Positions 1 through 10,333 of a DNA stretch of 64,000 bases are shown here, in pieces. The notes beneath the pieces were generated by a model. That model saw nothing but the letters and a program-made list of their open reading frames with translations, ran no database searches and was not told where the DNA came from. Within the stretch, counting starts at the first letter, position 1. The number at the start of each line of letters is the position of its first letter. A program made the translations under genes and the position numbers. Source of the stretch: Candidatus Obscuribacterales bacterium (GTDB lineage Bacteria; Cyanobacteriota; Vampirovibrionia; Obscuribacterales; Obscuribacteraceae); the NCBI GenBank assembly GCA_965228855.1, contig CBDDIJ010000003.1:2176001-2240000 (forward strand), written 5' to 3'.

Positions 1-384
1 GTTACGTCGTTTCAGCTTAATAATGACAGTGGTGCCTTCGTAGGAAAGCACCTCTCCTGGCATCGAACACTCGCCTTTCACATCAAGCAAGATGAGAAAC
101 GGAATGACCGCGCCCACTACTGCCGCGCACAGAAAGCCGGATGCGAGCAGATACATCCACTCATTTGCAACTACCGCGCCGAATACATAGATTAAAATGG
201 CACAGACGATCATGCCAATGAAACGAGTTTCCATCACCAGTTTCATGCCGAACACGCCAATCGGCAACTGCCAGATCTTCGGTGGCTTGTAGTCCGGATT
301 TACAGGCGGCACAGCAGGAGCCGCCTCCATGGAAGCAAGCGGCTGATCGCCTGGACCTTGCGTTTTTTTCTTGAGTCGGTGCAT
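1..384 (-). CDS. Partial (3' end outside window) membrane protein, probably DUF58 family MoxR partner
   Basis: Own translation from ATG at 384: MHRLKKKTQ...ETRFIGMIVCAILIYVFGAVVANEWMYLLASGFLCAAVVGAVIPFLILL..., open to position 1. It has two hydrophobic helices and lies directly downstream of MoxR, the usual MoxR-DUF58 order. The DUF58 domain itself is not in the window. Confidence 0.65.
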   Translation of the reverse strand, partial: MHRLKKKTQGPGDQPLASMEAAPAVPPVNPDYKPPKIWQLPIGVFGMKLVMETRFIGMIVCAILIYVFGAVVANEWMYLLASGFLCAAVVGAVIPFLILLDVKGECSMPGEVLSYEGTTVIIKLKRRN

Positions 385-421
385 TCAGTTTCGACCGGCG
401 AGATTGGTTTCAAACAGAACT

Positions 422-1378
422 TCAGGCGGGTACAGGAACGTGCTCCAGAACCTTCTTTATAATGTCAGTGTGACATATCCTGCTGGATTTCACTTTGGGC
501 ACGACCCTGTGACCAAACACATACGGCGCTAATGCTTTCACATCCTCTGGCGTGACATATTCGCGCCCCTCTACAAACGCCATCGCCTGGCTGGCCTTCA
601 CCAGAAGCTGGCTTCCCCGTGGGCTCACGCCCAGTACGACTGAGGGGTGATTTCTCGTGGCCGTCACAATATTGACGATATACTCGACAATTTTGTCGTG
701 CACAAATATCGCCCGAATAGCGTGTTGCATTTCTTGAATATCTTTGGTCGTGAGCACAGGCTCAACGACGAACGCGCCTTCTTGCAAAGTCTTGCGCACA
801 ATTTCCATTTCTTGCTGAGCATCGGGATAACCCAACGACATCGAGATCATGAAACGGTCGAGCTGCGCTTCCGGCAGAGGGAACGTACCGTGGTGCTCAA
901 TCGGGTTTTGCGTTGCAATGACGAAAAACAGTTCCGGCAACGGACGAGTAGTACCGTCGGTGGTTACTTGTTTTTCCTCCATCGCTTCCAGCAAACTGGA
1001 CTGTGTTCGGGGAGTGGCACGATTGATTTCGTCCATCAACAGAATGTTGGTAAAAATTGGTCCGGGCATGAAGTGAAACGTCGATTCACGCTGGTCGAAA
1101 ATGCTCACCCCTGATATGTCGGAAGGCAACAGGTCCGGAGTCGCTTGAATCCGTTTGAAGTTTGCTTGAATCGATCGAGCTAAACTCTTGGACAGAAGTG
1201 TCTTTCCAGTACCGGGCACATCTTCGAGGATGCAATGTCCGCCTGCTAAAACCGCTACAACTGCCAGTTTGCAGGCTCGCACTTGCCCGACCAACGCTCG
1301 CCCCATATTCTCGACAAGGTGTTGGGCTTTTGGCGAGAGTTGCATTATCGCCGGGTTTGCTGCGGTCTGATTCTTCAC
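422..1378 (-). CDS. moxR: MoxR family AAA+ ATPase
   Basis: GHCILEDVPGTGKT (Walker A), LMDEINRA (Walker B), TQNPIE..GTFPLPEAQLDRF signature. Confidence 0.95.
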   Translation of the reverse strand: MKNQTAANPAIMQLSPKAQHLVENMGRALVGQVRACKLAVVAVLAGGHCILEDVPGTGKTLLSKSLARSIQANFKRIQATPDLLPSDISGVSIFDQRESTFHFMPGPIFTNILLMDEINRATPRTQSSLLEAMEEKQVTTDGTTRPLPELFFVIATQNPIEHHGTFPLPEAQLDRFMISMSLGYPDAQQEMEIVRKTLQEGAFVVEPVLTTKDIQEMQHAIRAIFVHDKIVEYIVNIVTATRNHPSVVLGVSPRGSQLLVKASQAMAFVEGREYVTPEDVKALAPYVFGHRVVPKVKSSRICHTDIIKKVLEHVPVPA

Positions 1379-1520
1379 AATTGCCTCCGTTCTACGGCTA
1401 CACCTGGCTTTTCATACCCAGGGCTGATTGTCGACTAAACATCTTATGGATGTCTACTGACAATTGGTAATGCCAGTGACTTAGAAGCTTATACATCTGC
1501 CCAGATAAATTCCAATGGAC

Positions 1521-1526
1521 TATAAT
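1521..1526 (+). promoter_or_regulatory. Putative sigma70 -10 box (TATAAT)
   Basis: Perfect TATAAT about 35 nt before the ATG at 1562; no convincing -35. Confidence 0.35.
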
Positions 1527-1561
1527 CGAATTTTAGAAGTTCGTTGGTTTGGGTGAGGAAT

Positions 1562-1813
1562 ATGTCTCAGAACACACGCATGCTACTTATCGCGCTTGTC
1601 GTCATGGTCGTCTTCGGCATATTTTTACAGTCGTTAATCGCCAAGTCTCTGCAGGATAGCAGCGGCTCTGACGCTATGAACACCTTGCCGAAATTGCCCT
1701 CGTCGACAAACATAGAGCCTCTGCCTGGCATCGAACCGATTCCTGGAGCAGTTCCAAACCTACCGGGAAGTCAGGGTGCCGACACGAAGAACGCTCCTGC
1801 CAAGCACAAGTAA
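1562..1813 (+). CDS. Small membrane-anchored protein with Pro-rich tail
   Basis: ATG at 1562 preceded by GAGGA; N-terminal hydrophobic helix LLIALVVMVVFGIFL; IEPLPG/IEPIPG repeat. Confidence 0.7.
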   Translation: MSQNTRMLLIALVVMVVFGIFLQSLIAKSLQDSSGSDAMNTLPKLPSSTNIEPLPGIEPIPGAVPNLPGSQGADTKNAPAKHK

Positions 1814-1847
1814 CCAGCTGGACGACAAACGTTCCTTAGCGATTTGC

Positions 1848-1870
1848 TGATTGCTGCACCAGAGCAATCA
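1848..1870. terminator. Hairpin between convergent genes, possible terminator
   Basis: TGATTGCT-7 nt-AGCAATCA perfect 8 bp stem; no strong U-tract. Confidence 0.3.
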
Positions 1871-1945
1871 AACGCTCAGGTGTACACAGCCAAACTGCAA
1901 AAGTTCTAAACACCATTCTTGCTAATTTATCGGACGGTGGATCGC

Positions 1946-3355
1946 CTACGCCTTAGGTTCCGCGTGCAATGAGCCCTCGCCTGCAAAACTTTCTCCGCTT
2001 GATGAAACCTGGACGGCAATGTCGGGAGAAATTCCGACCGCGACGGCGGGTCCATCCTGTAATTCAGGATTTCGCAAATGCTTGATGAAAACGTTAACCA
2101 TGCATGCCACCGGCAGCGATACTATGACTCCAAGCATCCCATCTAAGCGTGCGCCAATCATGATGGCTATGAAAATTATGACCGGATGCAAACCGATGAC
2201 GTTGCCTATGTATTTCGGTCCCACGATATTATCTTTGAGCCATTGGAAGATTCCGAATACCACGAGCACCACGGCGAGTTGCACGATACGGTCAGCATGA
2301 ATATGCTCGACGCCCGCTACTAGCACAGCGATCACTGTAGGAATAATGCCCACGGTCGGACCAATGACGGGAACGATTTCCCAGACACCGAGTATGATAC
2401 CAAGCGCAAGAGCATACGGCACTCCCATAAGTGAATAAACCGCAACCATGAATGCGCCGAACAAAAGACCGAGTACAATCTGACCTTTGAAGAAGCTGTG
2501 CAAACTTCTGTCCGTATCCTGAAAAAAGGATAGAACGCGTGAGCTGACTGCATCGGGGAATACACCGGCGGTTTCCCTCGACATTCTCGAGCCATCCAGT
2601 AAAAAGTAAAAGGCAAGAATCAGTATCGAAAGCCCGTAAAACAGCCACGTTAGAGTGGAGGTCGCCACGGTAGTCAAATGCGTCATGATTAAGCCAGCAT
2701 CGGGCTTAGGAGCAGTTGCGGCGAGATTTACCAGAATATCCGAGGGTTTCATGTGGATATTTGCGGCGCTCAGCTTCTTCTCCAAAGGCTCCAGATAAAC
2801 CATGATCGTATTCAAGAAGGCAGGAATTTGATCGAACGTGGACTGCAACAGCTGCGAAATCTGATACACCAATATTGGTATCACTATTATTATGGCGACT
2901 GCAATCGTTACGCTACCTAGAGCGTAGACGGTTAAGACGGCAGCAAGTCTGGATTTGATATAGCGCTCAATTAAATCGACCAGACCGACAACTGTGTAGC
3001 AAACAAAAATCGCAAGCGACAGAATTCGAAGGATATCCGAAAATGTCTGAAGTACTTGAATGGCTAGAAAGGCTATCAGCAAGCCGAGCGTGATGATCAC
3101 AAGGCGTCGCTGCAAGATCGCCAGTTTCTGCTGCTCGTTGCTTACACTCAGCTGAGCTCCGGACGGCAACGTCTGAATATCATCTCCTGTCAGGAGGCTC
3201 TCGTCAGTCGGCACACCAAAAGCGACTGTGTCAGGCTCACCAGGACGCGGCAATCGCTGCGACTCCTCCCCTTCGGGACGGCGTCTAGCGCTGCCTTCAT
3301 CTGGTTTTGGGATGGACATGAGAACCGGACTTCCTCCTGGATATCGTCTACTCAA
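1946..3355 (-). CDS. AI-2E (PerM/UPF0118) family transporter
   Basis: Multiple TM helices; FYFLLDG, GQ..LG, IVPVIGP and PKYIGNVIGLHPVIIFIAIMIG..LDGMLGVIVSLP motifs; start uncertain (TTG 3355 or a downstream ATG). Confidence 0.92.
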   Translation of the reverse strand: MSRRYPGGSPVLMSIPKPDEGSARRRPEGEESQRLPRPGEPDTVAFGVPTDESLLTGDDIQTLPSGAQLSVSNEQQKLAILQRRLVIITLGLLIAFLAIQVLQTFSDILRILSLAIFVCYTVVGLVDLIERYIKSRLAAVLTVYALGSVTIAVAIIIVIPILVYQISQLLQSTFDQIPAFLNTIMVYLEPLEKKLSAANIHMKPSDILVNLAATAPKPDAGLIMTHLTTVATSTLTWLFYGLSILILAFYFLLDGSRMSRETAGVFPDAVSSRVLSFFQDTDRSLHSFFKGQIVLGLLFGAFMVAVYSLMGVPYALALGIILGVWEIVPVIGPTVGIIPTVIAVLVAGVEHIHADRIVQLAVVLVVFGIFQWLKDNIVGPKYIGNVIGLHPVIIFIAIMIGARLDGMLGVIVSLPVACMVNVFIKHLRNPELQDGPAVAVGISPDIAVQVSSSGESFAGEGSLHAEPKA

Positions 3356-3396
3356 TCAAACGAGGTCTTGCAAGCTCAGTAGCTTTGCCCCAAAGA

Positions 3397-4170
3397 TCAC
3401 CTGCTGTTTAATACTTGCTTCAAATACTCGACTCTCGAAAGCACGGAAGCGTTAACACTACCGCCTGGGGTTAAATCAATAACCTTCTTGTATTCGGAAA
3501 GCGCTTCCTCTCGCTTATCCTGTTGCATGTTGATGTCTCCAAGAAGCTGATGATATCTGGCTTCGTTCGGTTTCAACAGCAAAGCCATTTTGACCTGCAC
3601 TTCAGCCTCCGGAAACATCGACTTCTTGGCCAATACTTCGCTGAGCCTGTAGCGCGACTCCACATCGGAAGCGTCAATATCGATCGCTTTTTGAAAACGC
3701 TTCTCAGCATCATCATATTTGCGCAAACCTGACTCGATGATACCAAGATTGAAGTAGTAATCGGCGCGTTCCGGCTTCAGACGCAACGCAGTGAGCGCCT
3801 CTCCTTCCGCCTCCTCCAGACGGTTCAAATCTTTCAACACAACGGCGAGATTGTTGTGGTAAGCGCCACCGCCCGGATATAGCTCTATGGCTTTCTTGTA
3901 GAGCGCGACTGCTTCATTTAGTTTCCCCTCTGACTGCAACTTGATGGCTTCACTGTTCAATGCACGTGCTCGTTCCTTTGCACCCTCAGTAGCTTTGACA
4001 GCCCCTTGCGCCCAAACCGGCTTCAACTGCGCCCCGGCGCAGAGCAAGCAGACAGCAACGGCAAAAACTTCCAAAGCACGCACATAGCGCCTTGCCTTTA
4101 GCCAGGAAGCACATACCTCAAGCGGTAATGAAAGATTTAATTGCATCGGATCCGACCCGTGCCCCATCAA
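3397..4170 (-). CDS. Secreted tetratricopeptide repeat protein
   Basis: Hydrophobic N-terminal segment ending VWA-Q, then 34-aa TPR units (YHNNLA, YYFNLG, YHQLLG); start uncertain. Confidence 0.85.
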   Translation of the reverse strand: MMGHGSDPMQLNLSLPLEVCASWLKARRYVRALEVFAVAVCLLCAGAQLKPVWAQGAVKATEGAKERARALNSEAIKLQSEGKLNEAVALYKKAIELYPGGGAYHNNLAVVLKDLNRLEEAEGEALTALRLKPERADYYFNLGIIESGLRKYDDAEKRFQKAIDIDASDVESRYRLSEVLAKKSMFPEAEVQVKMALLLKPNEARYHQLLGDINMQQDKREEALSEYKKVIDLTPGGSVNASVLSRVEYLKQVLNSR

Positions 4171-4481
4171 TTTGTAAACTATCTATTGATTCTCTTACCA
4201 CATTGTCAGGCGACAGACATCATCATTTGATAAACAGCAAGAGAAGACCGCAAACTCAGTAAAGACAACACTTTCAGGACGACCGATAACTTAAAATCCG
4301 GAACAGCCTCTGCCTTCGGCGAAAGCCAGAAACTATCAAGATAAGCCCGTGCCGATAACTTGATTTAAATTGTCCGCGAGCAACTGAAATCAAGTTGTGA
4401 CTGGCCTGTTACCATGTACGAAGCAGCAGCAAAGAGGGTCAATCAATAGACAGGAAGCAAAGCGGTTGGAGAATAAAACGT

Positions 4482-5852
4482 TTGTCGTGCCGGCCCGAGA
4501 TCAACATGCAATCAAATTGGTTTCACCTTAGGCGCATTGCCGCACTTGGTGCAATTCTGTGTGTCACCATATCCGGTACCATCGGAACTAGCATGCCTGT
4601 GTCTGCACAAACAGAGTACTGGAATACCAAAAACCGAGCAAAGTCTCAAAATCTCACTTCCACAGCGCTTAACTATCTGAACACTCGATACACGAAAAGC
4701 AGCACGAAGAACGCGACAAAGAACCTAAATCAAGCGATTGTGCTATTGAAACAGGCAATCGAGGCTGATGATACGGACCCGCTTCCACACTATCTTCTCG
4801 GCTTATGCTTGAACATTCAGGGCAGTTACGAGCAGGCGCTAGACCTGATGCGCAAAGCTTACTCGCTTAACCCGAAAGAACATGAGGTCCTTCTCGCGAC
4901 AGGCATGACGCAATATCTGAATGGACACTACGACAAAGCCATTACTCTTTGGGAGAAACTGGCGACGGAACAAAAGTCTTTAGTTGGACCCGTTAATGCG
5001 TTAATCGGCTTTGGCTACTTGAGACAGGGCGATTTCGAGACAGCAGCACGCAGCTTTTCGACAGCCAAAGCGAACTCACCCGGCTCACAACTGGCCTATC
5101 AGGGCATCGCGATACTAAACTACCTGGCAGGCGATTTGACTCAATCAAAACAAGCCGCCGAGCATGCGCTGTCACTCGGTGCATATCCCTGGCTCAATCT
5201 ACTGTTGGCTCGCATCGACTATCTTGAAGGCAATGATGCATCAGCAGCTAATCGGATAAAAACATTCAAAAAGCAGTCCGGCTCGAAGTACATCCCGCGC
5301 ACGATGACTGCAATGGGATTCAGCAAACAGCACGATTTCAGACTGGACCCATTCGAGAACGAAATTTACGATTCACCAGGGGCGATACTAGCCAGGTCAA
5401 TTAACGACAACAAAAAAGAAAGTCGCCGGAAGTCTTATGCCAAACAAGGCAAAGTCGACGAATCAATGAATAAGGCGAAACGTCTGACTTCCATAAATTC
5501 TTCTGACTACGTCGCACTGCACGAGACCGGAATGCTCCAGCTCTCATCCGGCGATTACAAAGGCGCGGCAACTACTTTCCAGGATGTTTTGCGACTCTGC
5601 CCCAATTGTAGAGTAGATTACATCTACCTTGCTGAGGCATTCTTCAAATCTGGCGACGTCGACAATGCGAAGAAGAGTCTGGACTACTATCAAAAAACCT
5701 ATCCTCGTCAAAATCTCGCAGCAAATTACAAGAACATCGCCACCGCGACCAGTACCACCCCTCCTCCTTCGACAACTCCTCCGGGACAAAAACCATTACC
5801 TGGAGAAGGTCCTCAGACACCACAAGATCAAACGCCTGACTCCGATTTCTAG
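4482..5852 (+). CDS. Secreted TPR protein with Pro-rich C-terminal tail
   Basis: Signal peptide ending VSA-Q; TPR units (PHYLLGLCL, LLATGMTQY, AYQGIAIL, YIYLAEAF); TTPPP tail; real start may be the ATG at 4506. Confidence 0.85.
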   Translation: MSCRPEINMQSNWFHLRRIAALGAILCVTISGTIGTSMPVSAQTEYWNTKNRAKSQNLTSTALNYLNTRYTKSSTKNATKNLNQAIVLLKQAIEADDTDPLPHYLLGLCLNIQGSYEQALDLMRKAYSLNPKEHEVLLATGMTQYLNGHYDKAITLWEKLATEQKSLVGPVNALIGFGYLRQGDFETAARSFSTAKANSPGSQLAYQGIAILNYLAGDLTQSKQAAEHALSLGAYPWLNLLLARIDYLEGNDASAANRIKTFKKQSGSKYIPRTMTAMGFSKQHDFRLDPFENEIYDSPGAILARSINDNKKESRRKSYAKQGKVDESMNKAKRLTSINSSDYVALHETGMLQLSSGDYKGAATTFQDVLRLCPNCRVDYIYLAEAFFKSGDVDNAKKSLDYYQKTYPRQNLAANYKNIATATSTTPPPSTTPPGQKPLPGEGPQTPQDQTPDSDF

Positions 5853-5864
5853 GGAATATCTTAC

Positions 5865-7583
5865 ATGACTGCCGTAACACCAGTGGAAGAATCGACGACC
5901 TTCATCTCCGACTTTGGTCCAGTGCCGTCGGACACGCTGGATATGACGAAATCGAAGTACGAAATTCGCATGTACCGGATGTCGACAGAGAGGACGAAGC
6001 AACTCGGTGAGGCACTCGGCTTTTCGGCGCAATTCGATTCAGAAGAAGTTTTTGACGCCTTCGCTGATGTCTGGAAGGACGAGGGATACATCACTTTCGA
6101 GATGAAATCAAACACTCGTCCGATGACTATCTCCCTGCGATACAAATCCGATCGATGGAGCCCAGTTGAGACACACACGCCCAATAAGCGCGAAACTGAA
6201 AGCGAACTGCCGAAAACTCGCGGCGTGAAAACAATTTACCATGCCTTCCTGGACACAACTGTCCTGGACCGATTGGCTGAACTGTTGCGTGTAAAACCAG
6301 AGTCGCTGACAAAACTGTTTTACCGGATCAATTTGAAAACAAAAACATATGCGCTGGCAGCAGCCGACGATGCAGTCGAGCACTTCCCGGAAGCGGAATC
6401 GTTTAAAACCGCAATAATTCCAAGAAAAGCCATACCGACGGAAACCCAGAGCGACACCACGGATGATACCACAGGGGAATTAAGACACATGAGCGACCAG
6501 GACGACGCGAATGATTCCGTTGAGGACTTGAGCCAGAATTCCGAGCCGGCAGCGGAGTTAACGGATGAGCAGACCGCCGGGGATGTCCCGGCGAGCGAAC
6601 CATCCGCGCAAGATAAATTGCCCGAACAAACATCAGGAGCCACGCACGCAGCGGAAGAAACAACCGAAGAGACGCCAACAGCGGAGAAGCCAGCTGGAGA
6701 GAAAGCAGTCGAAACGCCGGTTTCTGAAAAACCAGCTGATGAGAAACCAGTAGAAGCATCGGCAGCAGAAAAACCAGCTGTGGAGAAACCAATCGAGACG
6801 AGAGTCGAAAAACCGGGCGCGGAAAAATCGGCTCCGAAGTTCGAGCAATCATCGGCAAAATCATTCGACGCGACACCGTCGGCCAGACCTGAGCGCGCTC
6901 CGATGAGGGCAGAACCGGCTCCAAAGCAATCCAGTTCAAGTTCAAGCTCTAGCTCTAGCCAGGCGAAATACCACACCTATTCTCAAAGCGAAGTTGACAA
7001 TCTCATTCGTAGAAGCGCGGAGAACATCACAAGCAGCGTTACAACGAAGATAAATCAGCAGACTAAAACAGTGGAAAAGAATTTGAAAAATCAAGAATAC
7101 GCCTTCAATCAAACGTTGGAAAAACTGACCAAGCAGATGGAGCAAGCAAACGCCAAGCTCGATAAAGCGAGCGATGATTTGAATGCTGGCTCGGCAAAAC
7201 AGATGGAAGAGTTCCGCAGTCAACTGAATAAAGAACTCGACGACTTCAAGAGTAACTTTGACAAAAAAGTAGTTCCCGGTATCAAACTTCTGGATGCTCG
7301 CCTGGAGCAGCTTGCCGAAGTGAAGAAACAGAACCAGACTCAAACCATAGGCGGCATGAACCCGGGCGTTCTGGTCGGAGTCGTGGTCGCGATAGTAATT
7401 ATTGCCGTCGTCAACCTGGTAATCAGTTGGTATGCCTTCGAGCGTATATCGAACCTCGAAAAAAGCCATGCGGAGCTGATGATGAAGTCGGTTCCGAGCG
7501 CAACCAGCGACGTTCCGGTTCCCGATCTGATGAAAGATCAGATCGATAAAGAACAGAAATCGGCTCCAACTGTCTCACCATAA
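5865..7583 (+). CDS. Hypothetical protein: N-terminal globular part, acidic EKP-repeat linker, coiled coil, near-C-terminal TM helix
   Basis: 572-aa ORF 12 nt after the TPR gene; repeated EKP motifs; heptad-like K/E/Q/L region; VLVGVVVAIVIIAVVNLVISW helix. Confidence 0.8.
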   Translation: MTAVTPVEESTTFISDFGPVPSDTLDMTKSKYEIRMYRMSTERTKQLGEALGFSAQFDSEEVFDAFADVWKDEGYITFEMKSNTRPMTISLRYKSDRWSPVETHTPNKRETESELPKTRGVKTIYHAFLDTTVLDRLAELLRVKPESLTKLFYRINLKTKTYALAAADDAVEHFPEAESFKTAIIPRKAIPTETQSDTTDDTTGELRHMSDQDDANDSVEDLSQNSEPAAELTDEQTAGDVPASEPSAQDKLPEQTSGATHAAEETTEETPTAEKPAGEKAVETPVSEKPADEKPVEASAAEKPAVEKPIETRVEKPGAEKSAPKFEQSSAKSFDATPSARPERAPMRAEPAPKQSSSSSSSSSSQAKYHTYSQSEVDNLIRRSAENITSSVTTKINQQTKTVEKNLKNQEYAFNQTLEKLTKQMEQANAKLDKASDDLNAGSAKQMEEFRSQLNKELDDFKSNFDKKVVPGIKLLDARLEQLAEVKKQNQTQTIGGMNPGVLVGVVVAIVIIAVVNLVISWYAFERISNLEKSHAELMMKSVPSATSDVPVPDLMKDQIDKEQKSAPTVSP

Positions 7584-7690
7584 TAGGTGGCACGAGGTTC
7601 AACTGGCAACAGTTTAGACTCCTAAACGGTTTCCAGCCGCGAACGGTTTCAAACAGTCATGATAGTTGTCGAACTCGGCGGCTAAGTCAG

Positions 7691-8344
7691 TTACGATCCT
7701 GCGACGTCAGAGCAAGCGGCTGATGGTTTGCCTTTCTTGAAGCAGTTTCTATAATGCGACTTTTTCCAGACGCCATCCTTTTTCACGAAGATGTCGGTAC
7801 AACGAGCGACATGCGTCTCCGGATGAGATCCGCCAATAGTTTTGACCGCTTCGAACGTGACCACTGCCTGGTCGCCTGTGACCTGGGCATATGGGTGACT
7901 GATCGTGTAAGAAACTATTGGATTGCTCGCGGAGTGCGCGGCATTCCAGCGAGTCTTGATGTGATTCATGATCGCTTCTCTGCCTACGATCAGCTCATTC
8001 TTCTTTTCGTCAAACGTCGTGCATCCTTCATCCATGTATTTCGACAACTCATCGAATTTGCCTTCGGAATATAAATGCGACATGTGTTTGAGCGTTTCGA
8101 TCACCTTCTCGGACTCGGCGCAAGATGCGTGAGGGCTCACACAAGCAACTTTGCCGACCTTCGAGGACGCAACGTGATGCTCATGAACGACTTCGTCCGC
8201 TCCCTTCGAGATCACTGGAGTTGATGCTTTTGTGCTGTCTTTACCGACCGAGTCAGCAGCTATAGCTGAAGAAGCGCTAAAGAACAAGGTCACAAGCGCC
8301 GAGAGCGCGAGACTTGTCAGGTTTCCAGTAATAAATTTAGCCAT
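7691..8344 (-). CDS. Secreted NTF2-like / SnoaL-DUF4440 family protein
   Basis: ATG at 8344 with GAGGG upstream; signal peptide ending AIA-A; G.EAI, V.GDQAVV and TDIFVKKDGVWK..H patterns typical of NTF2-like folds. Confidence 0.75.
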   Translation of the reverse strand: MAKFITGNLTSLALSALVTLFFSASSAIAADSVGKDSTKASTPVISKGADEVVHEHHVASSKVGKVACVSPHASCAESEKVIETLKHMSHLYSEGKFDELSKYMDEGCTTFDEKKNELIVGREAIMNHIKTRWNAAHSASNPIVSYTISHPYAQVTGDQAVVTFEAVKTIGGSHPETHVARCTDIFVKKDGVWKKSHYRNCFKKGKPSAACSDVAGS

Positions 8345-8495
8345 TCCAATTCCCTCAAACCCCGGACTCCAGCCAGTCGGTTTAACTCCGCTTGCGTTAC
8401 GTAGCATGAACGCCAAGGACCAAGCCCAAACTAATAGTAGTTGCGAATGTCATGAATGTCACTCTTTTTTTATCTTTAAAGAGAAAATATGAAAC

Positions 8496-8804
8496 CTAGT
8501 TAACTCTTTTCAGAGCATCCTCTACATCACGGATATTCCTGTCTGTGTCTCGCAAATATGAGTTCACTACATCGAGCTGCCTGTTCAACTCGTTGATCTT
8601 CTGCGAGATTGCGTCGTATCGCAGCTGAAGGTTTCTGCGCTGATCCAGCAGCGCATCACGGGTTCGGTTCAAATTATTCAGCACTTCCGAGCTATATGCG
8701 TGTGCATAACCCATCGTCCATGAAGAGACGACTATAAGCGTCAGAAGCAAGAACCGGAGAGCTTTTTTGGCATCCACGACAAGAATCCTCTGCGTTGTCA
8801 ACAA
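8496..8804 (-). CDS. Small secreted coiled-coil protein
   Basis: Signal peptide ending AHA-Y, then a ~60-aa heptad region. Confidence 0.7.
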   Translation of the reverse strand: MLTTQRILVVDAKKALRFLLLTLIVVSSWTMGYAHAYSSEVLNNLNRTRDALLDQRRNLQLRYDAISQKINELNRQLDVVNSYLRDTDRNIRDVEDALKRVN

Positions 8805-9051
8805 TCATGATAGTTGCATGCAAGCAACTTGATCAAGTAGTGATGAACAAGTGAAACGGGATCACAACCCGATCTTTATTGAGCAGCCGGTGTCGGTTTG
8901 TTGGAAACTTTTTTCGCGCGCAACGAATTCAAAACTAACACTGCGGGAAAGCCGCCTCGCTACTCGGTTAGAATTGAACTCGAAATTCGCAACGCGGGAA
9001 ATTATCTTTTCCCCAGTCCACCCTTCATATAAATGATCGAGTAAATCACTG

Positions 9052-9990
9052 ATGTCAACTGCTACTTCCGACCAATCGTCAAAACCTGAATTTAGAAACC
9101 TGATGGAAAGCGCCGACTCCCAGACTTATATAGATCGAGCAATCGAGCTGGCTATCGCGGAAGACCTGGGCTTGAGAAACGAAGGTGATATAACTTCGAG
9201 CGCGATTATGGGTGAAGACTCCGTCGCTTCCGCCGTAGTGCTTCTTAAGGAACCTGGTGTGGTAGCCGGTCTTGATATTTTCACCAGGGTGATGAATCGA
9301 TATTCGGACGAGATTAAACTTGAGGTTCTGATTGCCGAAGGGTCGTATGTTGATGATGAAAACCTTCCCCGCAAGCCACTTCCTATCATAAGAATCGTTG
9401 GACCATCTTCGGCGATTCTGGCTGCAGAACGAGTTGCGTTAAACCTTATCCAGCGCATGTCAGGCGTGGCGACGATGACGAAGAGGTTCGTAGACAAAGC
9501 CGCTCCTCACAAAATTGCCATTTTGGACACCAGAAAGACCACGCCGTGCCTGCGTGTTTTCGAAAAGTACGCTGTAGCAAGCGCTGGCGGAACCAACCAT
9601 CGTATGGGTTTGTTTGACTGCATCCTTATTAAGGAAAACCACATTCGCGTTGCTGGTGGAATTTCAAATGCCATTCAAGCCTGTCGCAAAAAATTTCCGG
9701 ATAAGCCGGTCGAGGTGGAAGTTACCACTTACGATGAAGTCGAAGAAGCTCTATCAAACAACGCAGAGAAAATTCTCCTTGACAACATGACACCAGAAAT
9801 GGTGCGCGAATGCGTCTTGAAAGTTCAGGGGCGAAGCAAAATCGAAGTCTCAGGCGGAATCAACCTGTCCAACATCGACAGATATCTGATAGACGGCATT
9901 GACTATATATCTATTGGAGCCCTGACCCACTCCGTCAAAGCTATCGATCTAAGTCTGGAAATTTTGGATATTTCGACGGTCGAGAAGTAA
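9052..9990 (+). CDS. nadC: Nicotinate-nucleotide pyrophosphorylase (quinolinate phosphoribosyltransferase)
   Basis: GDITS, ERVALN, DTRKT, NHRMGL, LIKENH, EVEV, ILLDN, EVSGG and ISIGALTHS motifs. Confidence 0.97.
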   Translation: MSTATSDQSSKPEFRNLMESADSQTYIDRAIELAIAEDLGLRNEGDITSSAIMGEDSVASAVVLLKEPGVVAGLDIFTRVMNRYSDEIKLEVLIAEGSYVDDENLPRKPLPIIRIVGPSSAILAAERVALNLIQRMSGVATMTKRFVDKAAPHKIAILDTRKTTPCLRVFEKYAVASAGGTNHRMGLFDCILIKENHIRVAGGISNAIQACRKKFPDKPVEVEVTTYDEVEEALSNNAEKILLDNMTPEMVRECVLKVQGRSKIEVSGGINLSNIDRYLIDGIDYISIGALTHSVKAIDLSLEILDISTVEK

Positions 9991-10333
9991 CACAAACCCG
10001 CTATCTGAGCAACTCTTCGCGGTCCTTGTCGTTATTGGGTGTGCGGCTTTTTGCTCAAAAAAGCCCGTGTCCATCAGTGTTGGCAAGAAGCTAAATCTAT
10101 CTAAGAATGCCATCTGTCAAGCTGTACAAAAGTCGTGAAAGGCACAGCATATCCGGCTTTGAGTCTTTGATGAGAGGATATTCGATCTACGTATCAGGTG
10201 TTCTCTTTTAGTACCTGAGCGTATACACTTATATGGTCTTCAGGTTCTCTTTATTTTTCTGTAAATCCCACTTGCGAGCGATTGTTCGTCGTCGGGGTTC
10301 GGGTTTGTCCTTCCAAATTTTCGGAGCACGAAA

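Noticed and set aside
6320..6976. 218-aa and 180-aa antisense ORFs in the EKP-repeat gene
   Set aside because: Shadows of low-complexity coding sequence
7652..8816. 17 bp near-identical direct repeat (AACA[GA]TCATGATAGTTG at 7652 and 8800) flanking two genes, as a possible insertion boundary
   Set aside because: A 16/17 match is expected by chance in 64 kb; no integrase or transposase
8851..9051. NAD-sensing riboswitch upstream of nadC
   Set aside because: Only short weak stems; no consensus I can match
10046..10066. GGCTTTTT-GCTCA-AAAAAGCC hairpin after nadC as a terminator
   Set aside because: AT-rich stem with no following U-tract; too weak to call
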